The notes under the pieces were generated by a model. It did no database searches. It was not told where the DNA came from and saw only the letters and a program-made list of their open reading frames with translations. A program made the translations under genes and the position numbers. DNA of 29,435 nt from a virus (Duplodnaviria; Caudoviricetes), in IMG/VR virus record IMGVR_UViG_3300032304_000784, positions 1-29,435 of that record; one strand, given 5' to 3'. Shown in pieces: positions 11,401 to 19,053 of the stretch. Each line of letters opens with the position of its first letter. Position 1 is the stretch's first letter.

Positions 11401-14400
11401 AGTCTGACACCGCACTGATAAATTTACAAATTAGAAAAAATCTAGAATCACAGATTCCTGTACACAATGAATATCAATTGCTCACTGAGGGTGTGGCCGA
11501 CAGTTTGCCTTCTACTAAACTAGAAAACAAATGGATCGATAGTCTTGTGGGGTCAGATATTGCCGGAAACAGAATTCCAGATATAACATTACCAGCTAAA
11601 CAAAAATACGGAATTGAATATCGACCCCGTCAGACCATGTTTGTTGATAGAATCTTAGCACTTAAGATTGTTATAGAATACATCAATAACATTTTACAAA
11701 AAGAAACATTTGCAGAAACTATAGATTTTACCAATCTCAACAGTGTAGATACTGTGCCAAGTTCTGCGTTGAATCTTTATGATGTAGTAGTAGACACTGA
11801 CATTGATCTTCAGACGGTAGGAACAATCAATACACGTCGTGCTGTTTTACGAGGCAACTTAATCAATGGCGAATTAGATACCATAGACATTGTGGATCCG
11901 GGATATGGTTACAAACCTAAAGAATTATTTGATCAAGAACAGAGTGGAATTTATATTGGACCACCGATTACTATATCTGGAGATGGAGTCAATGCCGAAG
12001 CACGATGCCATATAGATGGCCAGGGTCGTGTGATTGCTGTGGTGGTAACTAATCGTGGTAAAAAATACAGTAGCATAACTGTTCAGGTAAGATATTTTTC
12101 TGTGTTGGTTAACAGTGATGCCACTCTAAATAATTTCTGGAGCATATATTCTTGGGACGATGCTCGTAAAGTATATTTCCGTAGTAGATCACAATCTTTT
12201 GATACAACCAAATATTGGAGTAAAATAGATTGGATCCGTGCAGGATATAACAGCAATCTCCGAATAATTAAAGAATTGAACAGCATCTACGAAGTAATTG
12301 ATGCTCAAATTGATATTGGTGATATTATAAAAGTCAAGGAATACGCTGCCGGTGGATGGGCAGTATTTGAAAAAATTTCAGATACTGCTGAGTTGTTCCT
12401 AGACAGATATCTGTTAGTCAGCAGACAAAATGGCACTATTCAATTAAAACCATCATTATATGATACAGGCATAACTGGAGTTGGATTTGACAACACACAG
12501 GCATTTGATACCACAACATATGACATTGAAAATTCTAGAGAATTGAGAAATATTTTCACAGCGATCAAACAACAAGTGTTTGTTGGCGACTATGCAGTAG
12601 AATGGAATAAATTATTTTTTGCTTCGATACGACATGTTTTCAGTGAACAACAATATGTAGATTGGGTATTTAAAACCAGTTTTCTAAATGCCATACATAA
12701 TATTGGGGCGTTTGAACAGAAGGTTAATTATAAAAATGATAATTTGCAGAGTTATCAAGAATACATCAACGAAGTTAAACCATTTAGAACCACAGTTAGA
12801 GAATATGTAAGTCGTTATGATACGCCAGAAACATATTCGTCGGCAATAGCTGATTTTGATTTACCACCAGCATATTCAATCTTCGATGGCCGCGCAAATC
12901 CTGTTAATGCTTTATCCACAGAAATATCGCAGTATCCATGGAAGTGGTGGGCTGATAATAATGCCTACACGGTGACTGCTATACAAGTGTATCAACAGGG
13001 TTCAGGCTATACCACTCCACCTAAGGTGTTGATTAGCGGAACCGGTACCGGAGCTACGGCCAACGCATTTATTTCTAACGGCAAAGTTTCAAGTATACAG
13101 ATACTAACTGCAGGCTCTGGGTATACCACGGCACCGACGATTACGTTAGTGGGTGGAAACTCGCCTAATGCTATCCAGGCCAAAGCTGTGGCAATTATAG
13201 GTGATGCTCAGGTTCGAACATTTGATGTCTCGGTGAAATTTGATAGGATTTCTACCGGCGGAATTTACAATGCATTTTCACAGTCGCAACTATTCACAGC
13301 CACGGGCAGCAGTGCTGTGTTCTTGTTGAATTATCCACCGACCAACGACAGAACTAAAATTAGAGTAACACAAAAATCATTTGCAACTAAAAAAACACAA
13401 GTGGTACTAGCCAGCGAATACACAATCAATCTATATTACCAAGCCACTGATAGTTATTCTTTATTACGTGGAAAACTGGTGTTTAACACAGCGCCGCCTA
13501 AAGATGATGAAATCACAGTGACCTATGATAAAAACATTTTGTTATTAGATGCTGTGAATAGAATCAATCAATCCTACACACCCAAAGCGGGTATGATAGG
13601 AAAAGAACTAAATCAGTTAATGACAGGTATTGACTTTGGCGGAGTCAGAATCCAAGGTACTACGTTTGATGTCACTGGCGGTTGGGATGCACTACCTTGG
13701 TTTACAGACAATTGGGATTCTGTAGAGTCCAGTTCGGATTACTATCATGTTGCTGACGGTAGTACTGCCACAGTAACATTACCGTATATTCCAGCTGCTG
13801 GTCAACAAATCAACATCTATATTAAACGAAAGAATACCAACATCACAGTACGAGTCGATGACGAAAATTATTTACAGGCACAGGATTCTAGCACAGGAAC
13901 AAATCCAACAGCAGAAATGCCAACATTTGTCGGCGACGGCGTAAATGCGGTAGTGGCCATCGGTGAATATCTAAGCACTGTAGATGGTGATATTCTTATA
14001 TTCCGTCCTATAGAAAGTGACGGCAGTGTTTCTATCACCGATGATAATATTTTAGATACTAACCTAAGCGGTGGATCGCTGTCGTCAATCAGCGGCGCCT
14101 ATGCTACAGCTACCGGTACCACTGCAGAAGAAATAGCTATCACTGGTGGTAAATTTATAGATCCTAATGTGGTGCCAGCACCTGAAGAAAATGTTCCTGG
14201 TCAGGTAATAGAAAGTGTTTCGATCAAAGTATACAATAACGCAAGTTCTGGTGCAGCAACATTGCAATCTAATGTAAAAACAGCCAACGGTACAGATACC
14301 GCGTTTGCTATAGGTCAAACAGTATTAGAAAGTAAATCAGTGTTTGTGTATGTGTCTAACACTCCGCGAATCATAGACACACACTATACTATTGATCTTG

Positions 14401-16241
14401 AAACAAATACTGTAAACTTTGTGTCGGCTCCGTCAGCAGACGAATTTGTAGAAATACTCAGTATAGGAATCGGCGGTGTCGGCATTTTAGATTATCAAAG
14501 TTATACCGCAGATGGCACCACTGGATTGTTTTTGACCAATGCTAATTATGATAATACTAGTAGTGTATTTGTTAGTGTAAACGGCACACAAGTCGATGTG
14601 GGATTCGGTAACAGCACAGATGTAGTTGATGCTGTAGGAAAAACTTTGGTAAATTTTGGAATCACACCACAAGTAGGTGATATAGTTAAAATCGTGTGCT
14701 TAGAATCGACAGCCGATATTGACAGTTCGGGCTTATCTTTGGTACAGGTTAACACTCAGACATTCTTCTTTGAAGGAAGTACAAGAAGTTTTGAGATTAC
14801 CGGCTTCGGTGAATTAAACAGAGGCTCGGCTCTAGGCGCAATGATAGTCGAAGCTAACGGTCGATTATTGAAAGGCCCTGATACGGTATATGCTGTCTAT
14901 GACGGAACTAATAACGTATTTCAGCTAGGTGCCGATCCGCTTGAACCTGGCGGCAGTATATTGCCAGCAAATTTAAAAGTTTTAATAAACAATATTCCTA
15001 GAACATTTATTGTAGATTACACTCTATCTGGTCCTGCCAAGGTGCTGACTGTTAACGCGACCAAGTTAACTATCGGTGATACTATTAAAATTGAAAATGA
15101 TCTAAGGGCAGAATATTCTATACAAGATAATATTATCACAGTAGATTCAGCATTTGATTTTGGATTTCCAGGAGATTCTACAATATCTGATTCGACATAT
15201 CCTGCAGTTAATGTTACCTGGTTTAGTGAATATCCATCTATGGATATTATTCAAGATGAAAGTAGTGGAGGTCAAGTACAGTATAAATTATCAAGACCTC
15301 CACTATCAGTGAGCTATGTGTGGGTATATAAGAACGGACTTCGGTTAAGACAAGATAAAGACTATTATGTGAGTTTGCCTAGAGCAGTGGTATACATCAC
15401 AGCAGCTTCAACACCTGCAGATACTATAAAAATTGTAAACTTTTCTAATGACACCTTCAAATTGCCATCGGCTTATGAAATTCATAAAGATATGTTGAAT
15501 GTGTTCCATTACAATAGATTTTCAAAAGACGAGTGCAAGTTATCTAAGGTACTAAACTACTACGATACTGTTATAGAAGTTACTGATGCTACTGGACTAT
15601 CCCAACCAATCGCCAGCAGAAATGTACCAGGTGTTGTATTCATACAAGGCGAACGTATTGAATACATGTCGAAGTCAGGCAATACATTGAGTCAACTACG
15701 TAGAGGAGCTCAAGGAACAGCTATAGCAACCATACATGCTCAGGGTACGGCAGTGGTCGATGTGGGATACAGTGAAGTGATACCTTATAATGAAGTTCAA
15801 CAAAGAACTGATTTTACTAGTGACGGCAGCACATTATTAATTGGACCCCTAGATTTTGTGCCTCAGAAGGGTGCTAGAAGTGGTACCTGGTACAGAAATA
15901 CCATACCAGCAACATATGGTCCGTGTGATCAAATAGAAGTTTTTGCTGCTGGCCGTAGGTTGAAAAAAGATCCTCAATCTGTTTACGTAGAAGCTAATGG
16001 TGCAGCCAGCCCATCAGCAGACGAAACACAAGAAGCAGAATTTAGTGTAGACGGTGCAACAGCAGAGATACGAATTACCGCAGCATTGCCAGCAGGCACC
16101 CGCATAACAGTGCTACGAAGACAGGGTAAAACTTGGTATGCTAGAGGTGAAACCACAGCTACAGACGGCACAAGTCTAGTACACACAGACACCGCAATAG
16201 CTAGATTCATTGTGGAAAAGACCACAGCTATACCTGAATAA
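2415..16241 (+). CDS. Giant (4608 aa) modular baseplate/structural protein, probably gp7-like wedge with adhesin-type modules
   Basis: Uninterrupted 13.8-kb ORF starting one base after the gp6-like stop. Has the wedge-type motif 'FIREKGTANSVTKIF' (KGT at 7890-7898), six CBM5/12-like repeats, FG-GAP-like repeats, GSGYT..P repeats and C-terminal Ig-like 'VYVNG/VYKNG' repeats. The ORF is certain; the gp7 call is inference from position plus motif. Confidence 0.7.
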   Translation: MADKFPNSQLPIRRSVELLPVIFQTPANDKFLSAVVDPLIQPGVLDKVVGYLGRRYGKTYNGNDVYVDTDGTLRSSYQLEPGVIFKNHDKIENFYDYIDVKNQLKFFGNTIERDDKITSQTHYTWDPPIDWDKFINYREYYWEPLGPRSINITGQSANINSTYKVVLGTTKNSFVFTPDAYTNNPTLTLYRGQTYKFRVNAPAEGFAIRTNFDTGSLLFQPSRSYAQGSLVVYDSKLWRAVRDVTSLDTSSITIDSEDWQYVEPASEGSALDYDNGITNNGIENGTLTFVVPYDAPDTLYYQSKITPDAFGRFVIADIEENTFVNVGIEIIGKTTYTSGNGIEFSNGMIVEFLGNITPAIYARDSWLVEGVGTAITLTRFSDLVVPVLSTEVPEVLFDNEGFDTQPFDDATEYAASKDYITIARDSVDNNPWSRYNRWFHRSVLEKSYQLRGQDFPANENARAKRPIIEFRAGLQLFNHGSTAKQTVDYIDTATTDVFSIIEGAKGYNIDGEFIFQGARILVVADTDKLVNNKIYTVEFINHNGVSQIHLNESDDTESILGQCVTVRRGTVNKGLMFHYNGTEWVSSQPKTTVNQAPQFDVYDSNEISFSDHSTYADTEFTGSSILSYKPGTARIDKELGFRISYLNIDNIGDIEFNWNLDTETFRYTINNSPAQKKISSGFYRFGSDRYANGWQKLNSNYIQPIIDDQVVETITDTLVFNTVQWESLTTEPNIHFYLNGEKYTGTWTRNRDTFVFNKPFAVKDVVVIKLITDIDPDQGYYEMPVGLEKNPFNTPIESFTLGQAVDHIASAIEWDTEFTGKLPGSSNLRDLEDYRLLAGRFLKHSGNTPLAVMTLCDKTHNIIKSIQYAKKEYTDFKNNFLQRAVEIDFNDDIVDFVDDIINSLTSVKTAKDAFADSDMIGAGAYTALQTTVEDPGITVFSLTQPFDLKTPSTRAVYVYKNGVQLLNAHDYEFDSTFSFVKILESLVEGDAIEIREYLSTSTNHIPPTPTTMGLYKKYTPVKFLDDTYQEPRYVIQGHDGSITAAFGDFRDDLLLELELRIYNNIKQEYDPAVFDIDQILAGYYGVGEYSKAQLDAIVVQDFLKWIQNTNINYTLNEYFDSENSFTYTYSNMSDPTKTKNIPGWWRGVYQHFYDTDRPHRCPWEMLGFSQQPTWWQAEYGSAPYTSNNLILWEDLEAGIIRQGVRAGRYDRYKRPGLISHIPVDGDGKLLSPLDSNLAQDFSLINNRGPFVLGDVSPVEYAWRSSSEWPYAIVTAMCLMKPFEYIPDNFDRSKIIKNKLDQYVNSTTNLFVTIADIAPYVTNPTALGLVKYLTSYTKSQGLSSDSLQTKIEKLDVALSFRMSGFVDQQQQKYLLDSKNPAATTSGIFIPSENYDIIFNVSSPVTTVSYSGVRLEKTAGGWIVAGYDDIHPYFNYHQVQASSKDPIISVGGVSESFTDWIEDKNYNNGTLVRYQSNFYRALKTHRSGGDFDRGQWQKLGDVPKVGAIEAQRRRVFNTLSVRQISYGTMLTSIQEVVDLLLGYESYLKTQGIIFDNYDPQNATSQDWLSAAKEFMFWTKHNWEPGAIIALSPSAQKLEISVPVGTPDNLLDGFYDYQILKGDGTPLAPRFLNVNRSFQNLKIETTNTTDGIYYARLHYVIKEHVTVFDDRTVFNDIIYDKPTGYRQGRIKMQAFRTVDWDGDYTSPGFLFDNVDIQTWQPFKDYKLGDIVAYKSYDWTSLVSQLGTEEFNDANWTKLDSKPVKQLVSNFDYKIKQFSDYFETSSQGLDQSQRELARHAIGYQQRDYLQNLAEDSVSQYQLYQGFIREKGTANSVTKIFNKLSRSGSDSIVLNEEWAFRLGQVGGVDQFSEIEIQLEKNKFKLDPQPHLVTSSDTPNALDQYYRFTANNFTISLIPYTVDILPTTVDLEPELTAGYVSAGQYQHVIGTMDQLTTLDIATVKENDHIWVTFDQDSWQILRVNESPLLYVIEAVRIDDTVVTLTLNRPHSVAVDDYVGFREIVNLSGFFKVSAVTNTTITVVVSTDALDPELDSSTTVNIQLLTTARFADYTAVDQHPAALLKNESLVFVDNNGDNQWEVVQKNKLYTAKSIVDFGTSAPLLTGAKVVYDNINKHVISSMPGSGFVNVYVETDAGLSLKQIIAPPIGFYDIALGSFGEKMAVSPDGKYLVIGAPTASGVVNRYMGEWQTEVAYEQDDVVLYGGRLYRALNANGNFLGEGDGSTQVAINSDDWVQHTTVIPAETSARNPGYYQQGMVAVYEFVSGRYINTEAFVSPRPTDNEKFGSEITIGVNGTEYYLAVSAIGSYNNTGRVYLIKYTGTEWTHMENPLYKGVYNLFDSYMQGDIVWQASQDPVGEAVRGNLWQSLDGSTSDGSTITLDSQNWLKVSNISTHCSLPTNISVEDDGSTLEFTTTGLLTDTQKAELVKQGDQFGFSMTMSSDGSILVIGAPDSDGAYFANYRGLWRADVEYVEGETVRYRGSPSESYQYYQLGDAFLGPDSTYRSYNEDPSGSASWQQVGDSTTTTSGKIFVYKKTQYDSYELTQMINAGSLASFTDIDSGLVISTGDQFGFSMDMDSNGTTLAVSCPKSDVNYQDQGAVYVLELDQPVTEFRVKQRLQSYEIYANEYFGFAVSVSPDSTKIAVGARNTKTPSPVNFDLLEGTTFDSSRTRFYVDQGFTGGVYVFDKKDQIFFLTEKLDSDLQADESFGHSIDCVGTKLLVGSPYYKNLVTNTYQGIARLFTSNTPGASWTMLTNQQPLVDLRKIKKIELYDNVKNVKIQDVDYIDAAKGKILNIAEQELKYKTPYDPAVYTIGTTEVVVDTTINWLEKNVGKLWWNTGTAKFQYAEQKDSAYRIGNWNQPVQGASIDVYEWVETVLLPSEWAALADTNAGLAQGISGQPLYPNDDVYSVKFFFSSTTGQVSETLYYYWVRSKAVTPSNMADRKRSAAEVANLISNPAGTGIAFIAFLQSDKFLSYNFKSIMQSDTALINLQIRKNLESQIPVHNEYQLLTEGVADSLPSTKLENKWIDSLVGSDIAGNRIPDITLPAKQKYGIEYRPRQTMFVDRILALKIVIEYINNILQKETFAETIDFTNLNSVDTVPSSALNLYDVVVDTDIDLQTVGTINTRRAVLRGNLINGELDTIDIVDPGYGYKPKELFDQEQSGIYIGPPITISGDGVNAEARCHIDGQGRVIAVVVTNRGKKYSSITVQVRYFSVLVNSDATLNNFWSIYSWDDARKVYFRSRSQSFDTTKYWSKIDWIRAGYNSNLRIIKELNSIYEVIDAQIDIGDIIKVKEYAAGGWAVFEKISDTAELFLDRYLLVSRQNGTIQLKPSLYDTGITGVGFDNTQAFDTTTYDIENSRELRNIFTAIKQQVFVGDYAVEWNKLFFASIRHVFSEQQYVDWVFKTSFLNAIHNIGAFEQKVNYKNDNLQSYQEYINEVKPFRTTVREYVSRYDTPETYSSAIADFDLPPAYSIFDGRANPVNALSTEISQYPWKWWADNNAYTVTAIQVYQQGSGYTTPPKVLISGTGTGATANAFISNGKVSSIQILTAGSGYTTAPTITLVGGNSPNAIQAKAVAIIGDAQVRTFDVSVKFDRISTGGIYNAFSQSQLFTATGSSAVFLLNYPPTNDRTKIRVTQKSFATKKTQVVLASEYTINLYYQATDSYSLLRGKLVFNTAPPKDDEITVTYDKNILLLDAVNRINQSYTPKAGMIGKELNQLMTGIDFGGVRIQGTTFDVTGGWDALPWFTDNWDSVESSSDYYHVADGSTATVTLPYIPAAGQQINIYIKRKNTNITVRVDDENYLQAQDSSTGTNPTAEMPTFVGDGVNAVVAIGEYLSTVDGDILIFRPIESDGSVSITDDNILDTNLSGGSLSSISGAYATATGTTAEEIAITGGKFIDPNVVPAPEENVPGQVIESVSIKVYNNASSGAATLQSNVKTANGTDTAFAIGQTVLESKSVFVYVSNTPRIIDTHYTIDLETNTVNFVSAPSADEFVEILSIGIGGVGILDYQSYTADGTTGLFLTNANYDNTSSVFVSVNGTQVDVGFGNSTDVVDAVGKTLVNFGITPQVGDIVKIVCLESTADIDSSGLSLVQVNTQTFFFEGSTRSFEITGFGELNRGSALGAMIVEANGRLLKGPDTVYAVYDGTNNVFQLGADPLEPGGSILPANLKVLINNIPRTFIVDYTLSGPAKVLTVNATKLTIGDTIKIENDLRAEYSIQDNIITVDSAFDFGFPGDSTISDSTYPAVNVTWFSEYPSMDIIQDESSGGQVQYKLSRPPLSVSYVWVYKNGLRLRQDKDYYVSLPRAVVYITAASTPADTIKIVNFSNDTFKLPSAYEIHKDMLNVFHYNRFSKDECKLSKVLNYYDTVIEVTDATGLSQPIASRNVPGVVFIQGERIEYMSKSGNTLSQLRRGAQGTAIATIHAQGTAVVDVGYSEVIPYNEVQQRTDFTSDGSTLLIGPLDFVPQKGARSGTWYRNTIPATYGPCDQIEVFAAGRRLKKDPQSVYVEANGAASPSADETQEAEFSVDGATAEIRITAALPAGTRITVLRRQGKTWYARGETTATDGTSLVHTDTAIARFIVEKTTAIPE
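3069..10010 (+). repeat. Six dispersed CBM5/12 (chitin-binding)-like modules in the giant protein
   Basis: Pattern W/F-x5-Y-x2-G/D-x2-V-x-Y...W at about 3069, 6786, 7560, 9018, 9459 and 9846, e.g. WIEDKNYNNGTLVRYQSNFYRA, WQPFKDYKLGDIVAY, WQTEVAYEQDDVVLYGGRLYRA, WRADVEYVEGETVRY. Confidence 0.65.
8760..10690 (+). repeat. FG-GAP/integrin-alpha-like beta-propeller repeats within the giant protein
   Basis: Blades FGEKMAVSPDGKYLVIGAP, FGSEITIG..YLAVSA, FGFSMTMSSDGSILVIGAP, FGFSMDMDSNGTTLAVSCP, FGFAVSVSPDSTKIAVGAR and FGHSIDCVGTKLLVGSP, plus a degenerate first blade (TGAKVVYDNINKHVISSMP). Each is followed by a G-x-V-Y/F-V-type strand. Confidence 0.8.
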
Positions 16242-16244
16242 ATA
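16237..16244 (+). promoter_or_regulatory. T4-type late promoter variant (AATAAATA)
   Basis: 7/8 match to TATAAATA at a gene boundary, overlapping the giant gene's TAA. The same core recurs at three other gene boundaries. Confidence 0.55.
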
Positions 16245-16245
16245 C

Positions 16246-16920
16246 ATGATGGAACAAAAAGAGATCAAAATGCCAAACAATCAAGATCAACCAGCAGTTA
16301 GTCCTCAATCTCGCCCTAATGAAACAGGCGGGTTTCATTTTGAAGGACATATAAAAATCCATGATCCTAACACCAAAGAAGTTTTTGTGGACAAACGCAA
16401 TGCTATTCATTACGAAAATATGAGTGTGGCCATGGTCGACAGTCTAAGCAACCAAGGGTACGGAACTGTATACCAAATGATTTTTGGTACTGGAGGCACC
16501 ACAGTTGACCCTACAGGACTCATCACATATCTTACTCCAAACACAGTTGGAGTTAATTCTAGTTTATACAATCAAACCTATCAAAAAGTAGTAGATCAAA
16601 AAGCTATTGAAAATCAAGATCCAATTAGAAACAAGATGGAAATTAGACATATCAGTGGTGCTACTTACAGCGATATTTTGATCAGTTGTTTGCTAGATTA
16701 CGGCGAACCGTTAGATCAAGAAGCGTTTGACAACAGCGTAGATATGAATGGCGAATTTGTGTTTGATGAATTAGGATTAAAAAGTCTTGGGCCAAACACA
16801 TCGGACGGAAAACTATTGACACATGTTATATTTCACCCGGTACAAAAAAGTTTGAATAGATTACTGCAGATAGACTATACTATACGTGTGCAGAGCTTGA
16901 CTGGCTTTGCTGAGGTATAA
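16246..16920 (+). CDS. Probable baseplate/tail-fibre adaptor structural protein (start uncertain: 16246, 16249 or 16270)
   Basis: The TTG start at 16210 overlaps the previous gene; in-frame ATGs lie at 16246, 16249 and 16270. The pattern 'IFGTGGT...FDELGL...LLTHVIFHPVQKS...IDYTI' resembles fibre-attachment (DUF3751/P2 gpH N-terminal-like) domains. The gene lies between the wedge and fibre genes. Confidence 0.6.
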   Translation: MMEQKEIKMPNNQDQPAVSPQSRPNETGGFHFEGHIKIHDPNTKEVFVDKRNAIHYENMSVAMVDSLSNQGYGTVYQMIFGTGGTTVDPTGLITYLTPNTVGVNSSLYNQTYQKVVDQKAIENQDPIRNKMEIRHISGATYSDILISCLLDYGEPLDQEAFDNSVDMNGEFVFDELGLKSLGPNTSDGKLLTHVIFHPVQKSLNRLLQIDYTIRVQSLTGFAEV

Positions 16921-16922
16921 TC

Positions 16923-19040
16923 ATGCCATACATAGTTAATTTTACAGATAAAGAAAACAAAAGTCCTATCACGGTATTTGATAATACTTCTAGTACAGAC
17001 ACTAGTCTCAAATTTCCAGGTCGTAATGTTACCGGCTACGGACAGATCATAGCGGAAAACTTTTTGTCGCTGCTGGAAAATTTTGCGTCTACAAATCAAC
17101 CAGTGAACCCAGTAGAAGGTCAGTTATGGTATGACAGCACCGGCGGCACGCAAACTTTAAAAATCTGGGATAACACAGCCTGGAAAGCCGCGTCTGGCAT
17201 ACAGAAAGGCGTTAGTCAGCCTGCGGTTGAGAATAGTAAAGTTGGAGAACTTTGGGTAGATACTACAAATCAGCAGCTACGCATATTCACTGGCACACGA
17301 TGGATTCTAGTTGGTCCTACTGAAAGCTCGGTAGGTGGATTAAGATATGGACCGATTATAGAAAAAATAGCTGACTCGGATAACGTAGATAGATTTATAT
17401 TGGTATTTTACATTGCTGATATTCCTGTAATTGTTATAAGCAAAGACAGTTTTACTCCTAAAACTTTAATAACTGGATTCGACACAGTAAAATCGGGAAT
17501 CAACATCAGTGCTCCTGAGACTTCAACCGAAATAGCTAATTTTGTAGGCGGATTTTTACCCCTACTCAACGGTACAGCTAAAAATGCACAAGCACTATTG
17601 GTAGGCGGAGTAGAAAAAGCGGCAGGAACATTTCTTAGATCGGATACTATTAACACTACCGACTTTGAAATAAAAATAAAAAACAACAACGGCCTTTCTA
17701 TCGGAGTTGACGAAACATTTAAACTGTTATCAACAGAATCATCCAACAGCATATACAACTCTGCAGCAGGTAGTTCTCTTGATTTACAGACTAACAGAAA
17801 TGGAATTCCTGCAACAATAATTAGACTGGTAGATAATCTTGTAGGAATAAATCAAGAAAACCCAACGGAATCTTTGGATGTTATTGGTAATGTTAAACTC
17901 ACAGGAACACTAATATCTACCAATACTACCGCTAGTACTAATTTGAATAACGGTAGTATACGAACCTTAGGTGGCGCAGCAATTACTAAAAATCTAATCG
18001 TAGGGGACGGTATAGATGTTACTGGAATTTTACAAACCAATAACATACAACCAAAAATAACAGATTCCTATGATTTAGGTACAAGTCTAAGAAGATTCAA
18101 TAATATCCGTGCTAAAACAGTGATAGCAGATACTATACAGGGTGTATTAGAAGGAAACATCAGCGGCAATGCTAGCACTGCTACTGCTCTAAGTACAGTA
18201 ACTAGTTTTCAACTAGCGGGCGATGTGGTATCCCCGGCTGTGCAGTTCGACGGCCAAGTAGGAGCTGCCACGAAAATCTTCAACGCTACCCTTACAGCAA
18301 ACATTATAGCAGGTAAAGAGGAACCATCTCCTAATCAAAGTAAACGTGGAGATTACGTATTAACATATAGACCTAGTGAAAGTACTTTGTCTAGTTCGGG
18401 ATTACTGAAACAGACCAGAGAAGTGTTCATGGCAGATTTGGCTGTGCCTATTGGTGCGATATTGCCTTATGCTGGTCCAATCGCTCCTTACGGGTATCTG
18501 TTGTGTGACGGTAGTGAAGTTGAACGATCAAAATTCACAGATTTGTTTGATATTATTGGAGTTACATATAATGGATCTGCAGCATTAATAGGTGCAGGAA
18601 CATTTAGATTGCCCGACCTCAGAGGTAGATTTGCTCTAGGTAAAGACAATATGGATAATGCAGGAACTGTGCCAACTCCGGCAGGTCCGTATGTAGATGC
18701 AGGCGGCGGCACCGCAGGTCGTGTTCCGGACGTGCAGGCCACGATCCTAGGAGGTGCAGCTGGTCTTAGCTCAGTAGCATTAACCTTGGCCAACTTACCA
18801 GAACACAGCCATACTTTGGCAACAGCTACACAGGATTACGCTGCGGTAGTAGTGAGTACAACTCTTGATCCACTAGCCACTTCCGGACTAGGACCTACAG
18901 CTCCGGGGCAAGCGCAATATCTCAAAGACACCGGACCTGTCAAAAAGCTAGGAGGTGTTACTCTTGGAACTGCTGTGGGATTGATGAATCCGTTTCTATC
19001 AATGAACTTTATAATCAGATCCGGTCCTCCGGCATTCTAA
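16923..19040 (+). CDS. Tail fibre paralog 1 with C-terminal phage tail collar domain (short-fibre-like)
   Basis: SD GAGGT at 16912-16916. Shared LLENFA N-terminal domain. Tail collar motif VPIGAILPYAG..APYGYLLCDG...LFDIIGVTY...FRLPDLRGRF at about 18444-18632, followed by 'LTLANLPEHSH' and 'NPFLSMNFII'. Confidence 0.85.
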   Translation: MPYIVNFTDKENKSPITVFDNTSSTDTSLKFPGRNVTGYGQIIAENFLSLLENFASTNQPVNPVEGQLWYDSTGGTQTLKIWDNTAWKAASGIQKGVSQPAVENSKVGELWVDTTNQQLRIFTGTRWILVGPTESSVGGLRYGPIIEKIADSDNVDRFILVFYIADIPVIVISKDSFTPKTLITGFDTVKSGINISAPETSTEIANFVGGFLPLLNGTAKNAQALLVGGVEKAAGTFLRSDTINTTDFEIKIKNNNGLSIGVDETFKLLSTESSNSIYNSAAGSSLDLQTNRNGIPATIIRLVDNLVGINQENPTESLDVIGNVKLTGTLISTNTTASTNLNNGSIRTLGGAAITKNLIVGDGIDVTGILQTNNIQPKITDSYDLGTSLRRFNNIRAKTVIADTIQGVLEGNISGNASTATALSTVTSFQLAGDVVSPAVQFDGQVGAATKIFNATLTANIIAGKEEPSPNQSKRGDYVLTYRPSESTLSSSGLLKQTREVFMADLAVPIGAILPYAGPIAPYGYLLCDGSEVERSKFTDLFDIIGVTYNGSAALIGAGTFRLPDLRGRFALGKDNMDNAGTVPTPAGPYVDAGGGTAGRVPDVQATILGGAAGLSSVALTLANLPEHSHTLATATQDYAAVVVSTTLDPLATSGLGPTAPGQAQYLKDTGPVKKLGGVTLGTAVGLMNPFLSMNFIIRSGPPAF

Positions 19041-19053
19041 CAGGTAAAATAAC

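Noticed and set aside
8556-15833. DST motifs as evidence of a Bacteroidota host O-glycosylation pathway
   Set aside because: That pathway acts on exported proteins, and clear SD motifs (GGAG/GAGG) before several genes argue against a Bacteroidota host.
2415-16241. Intein or intron inflating the giant ORF
   Set aside because: I saw no intein junction or homing endonuclease motifs; repeated structural modules account for the length.
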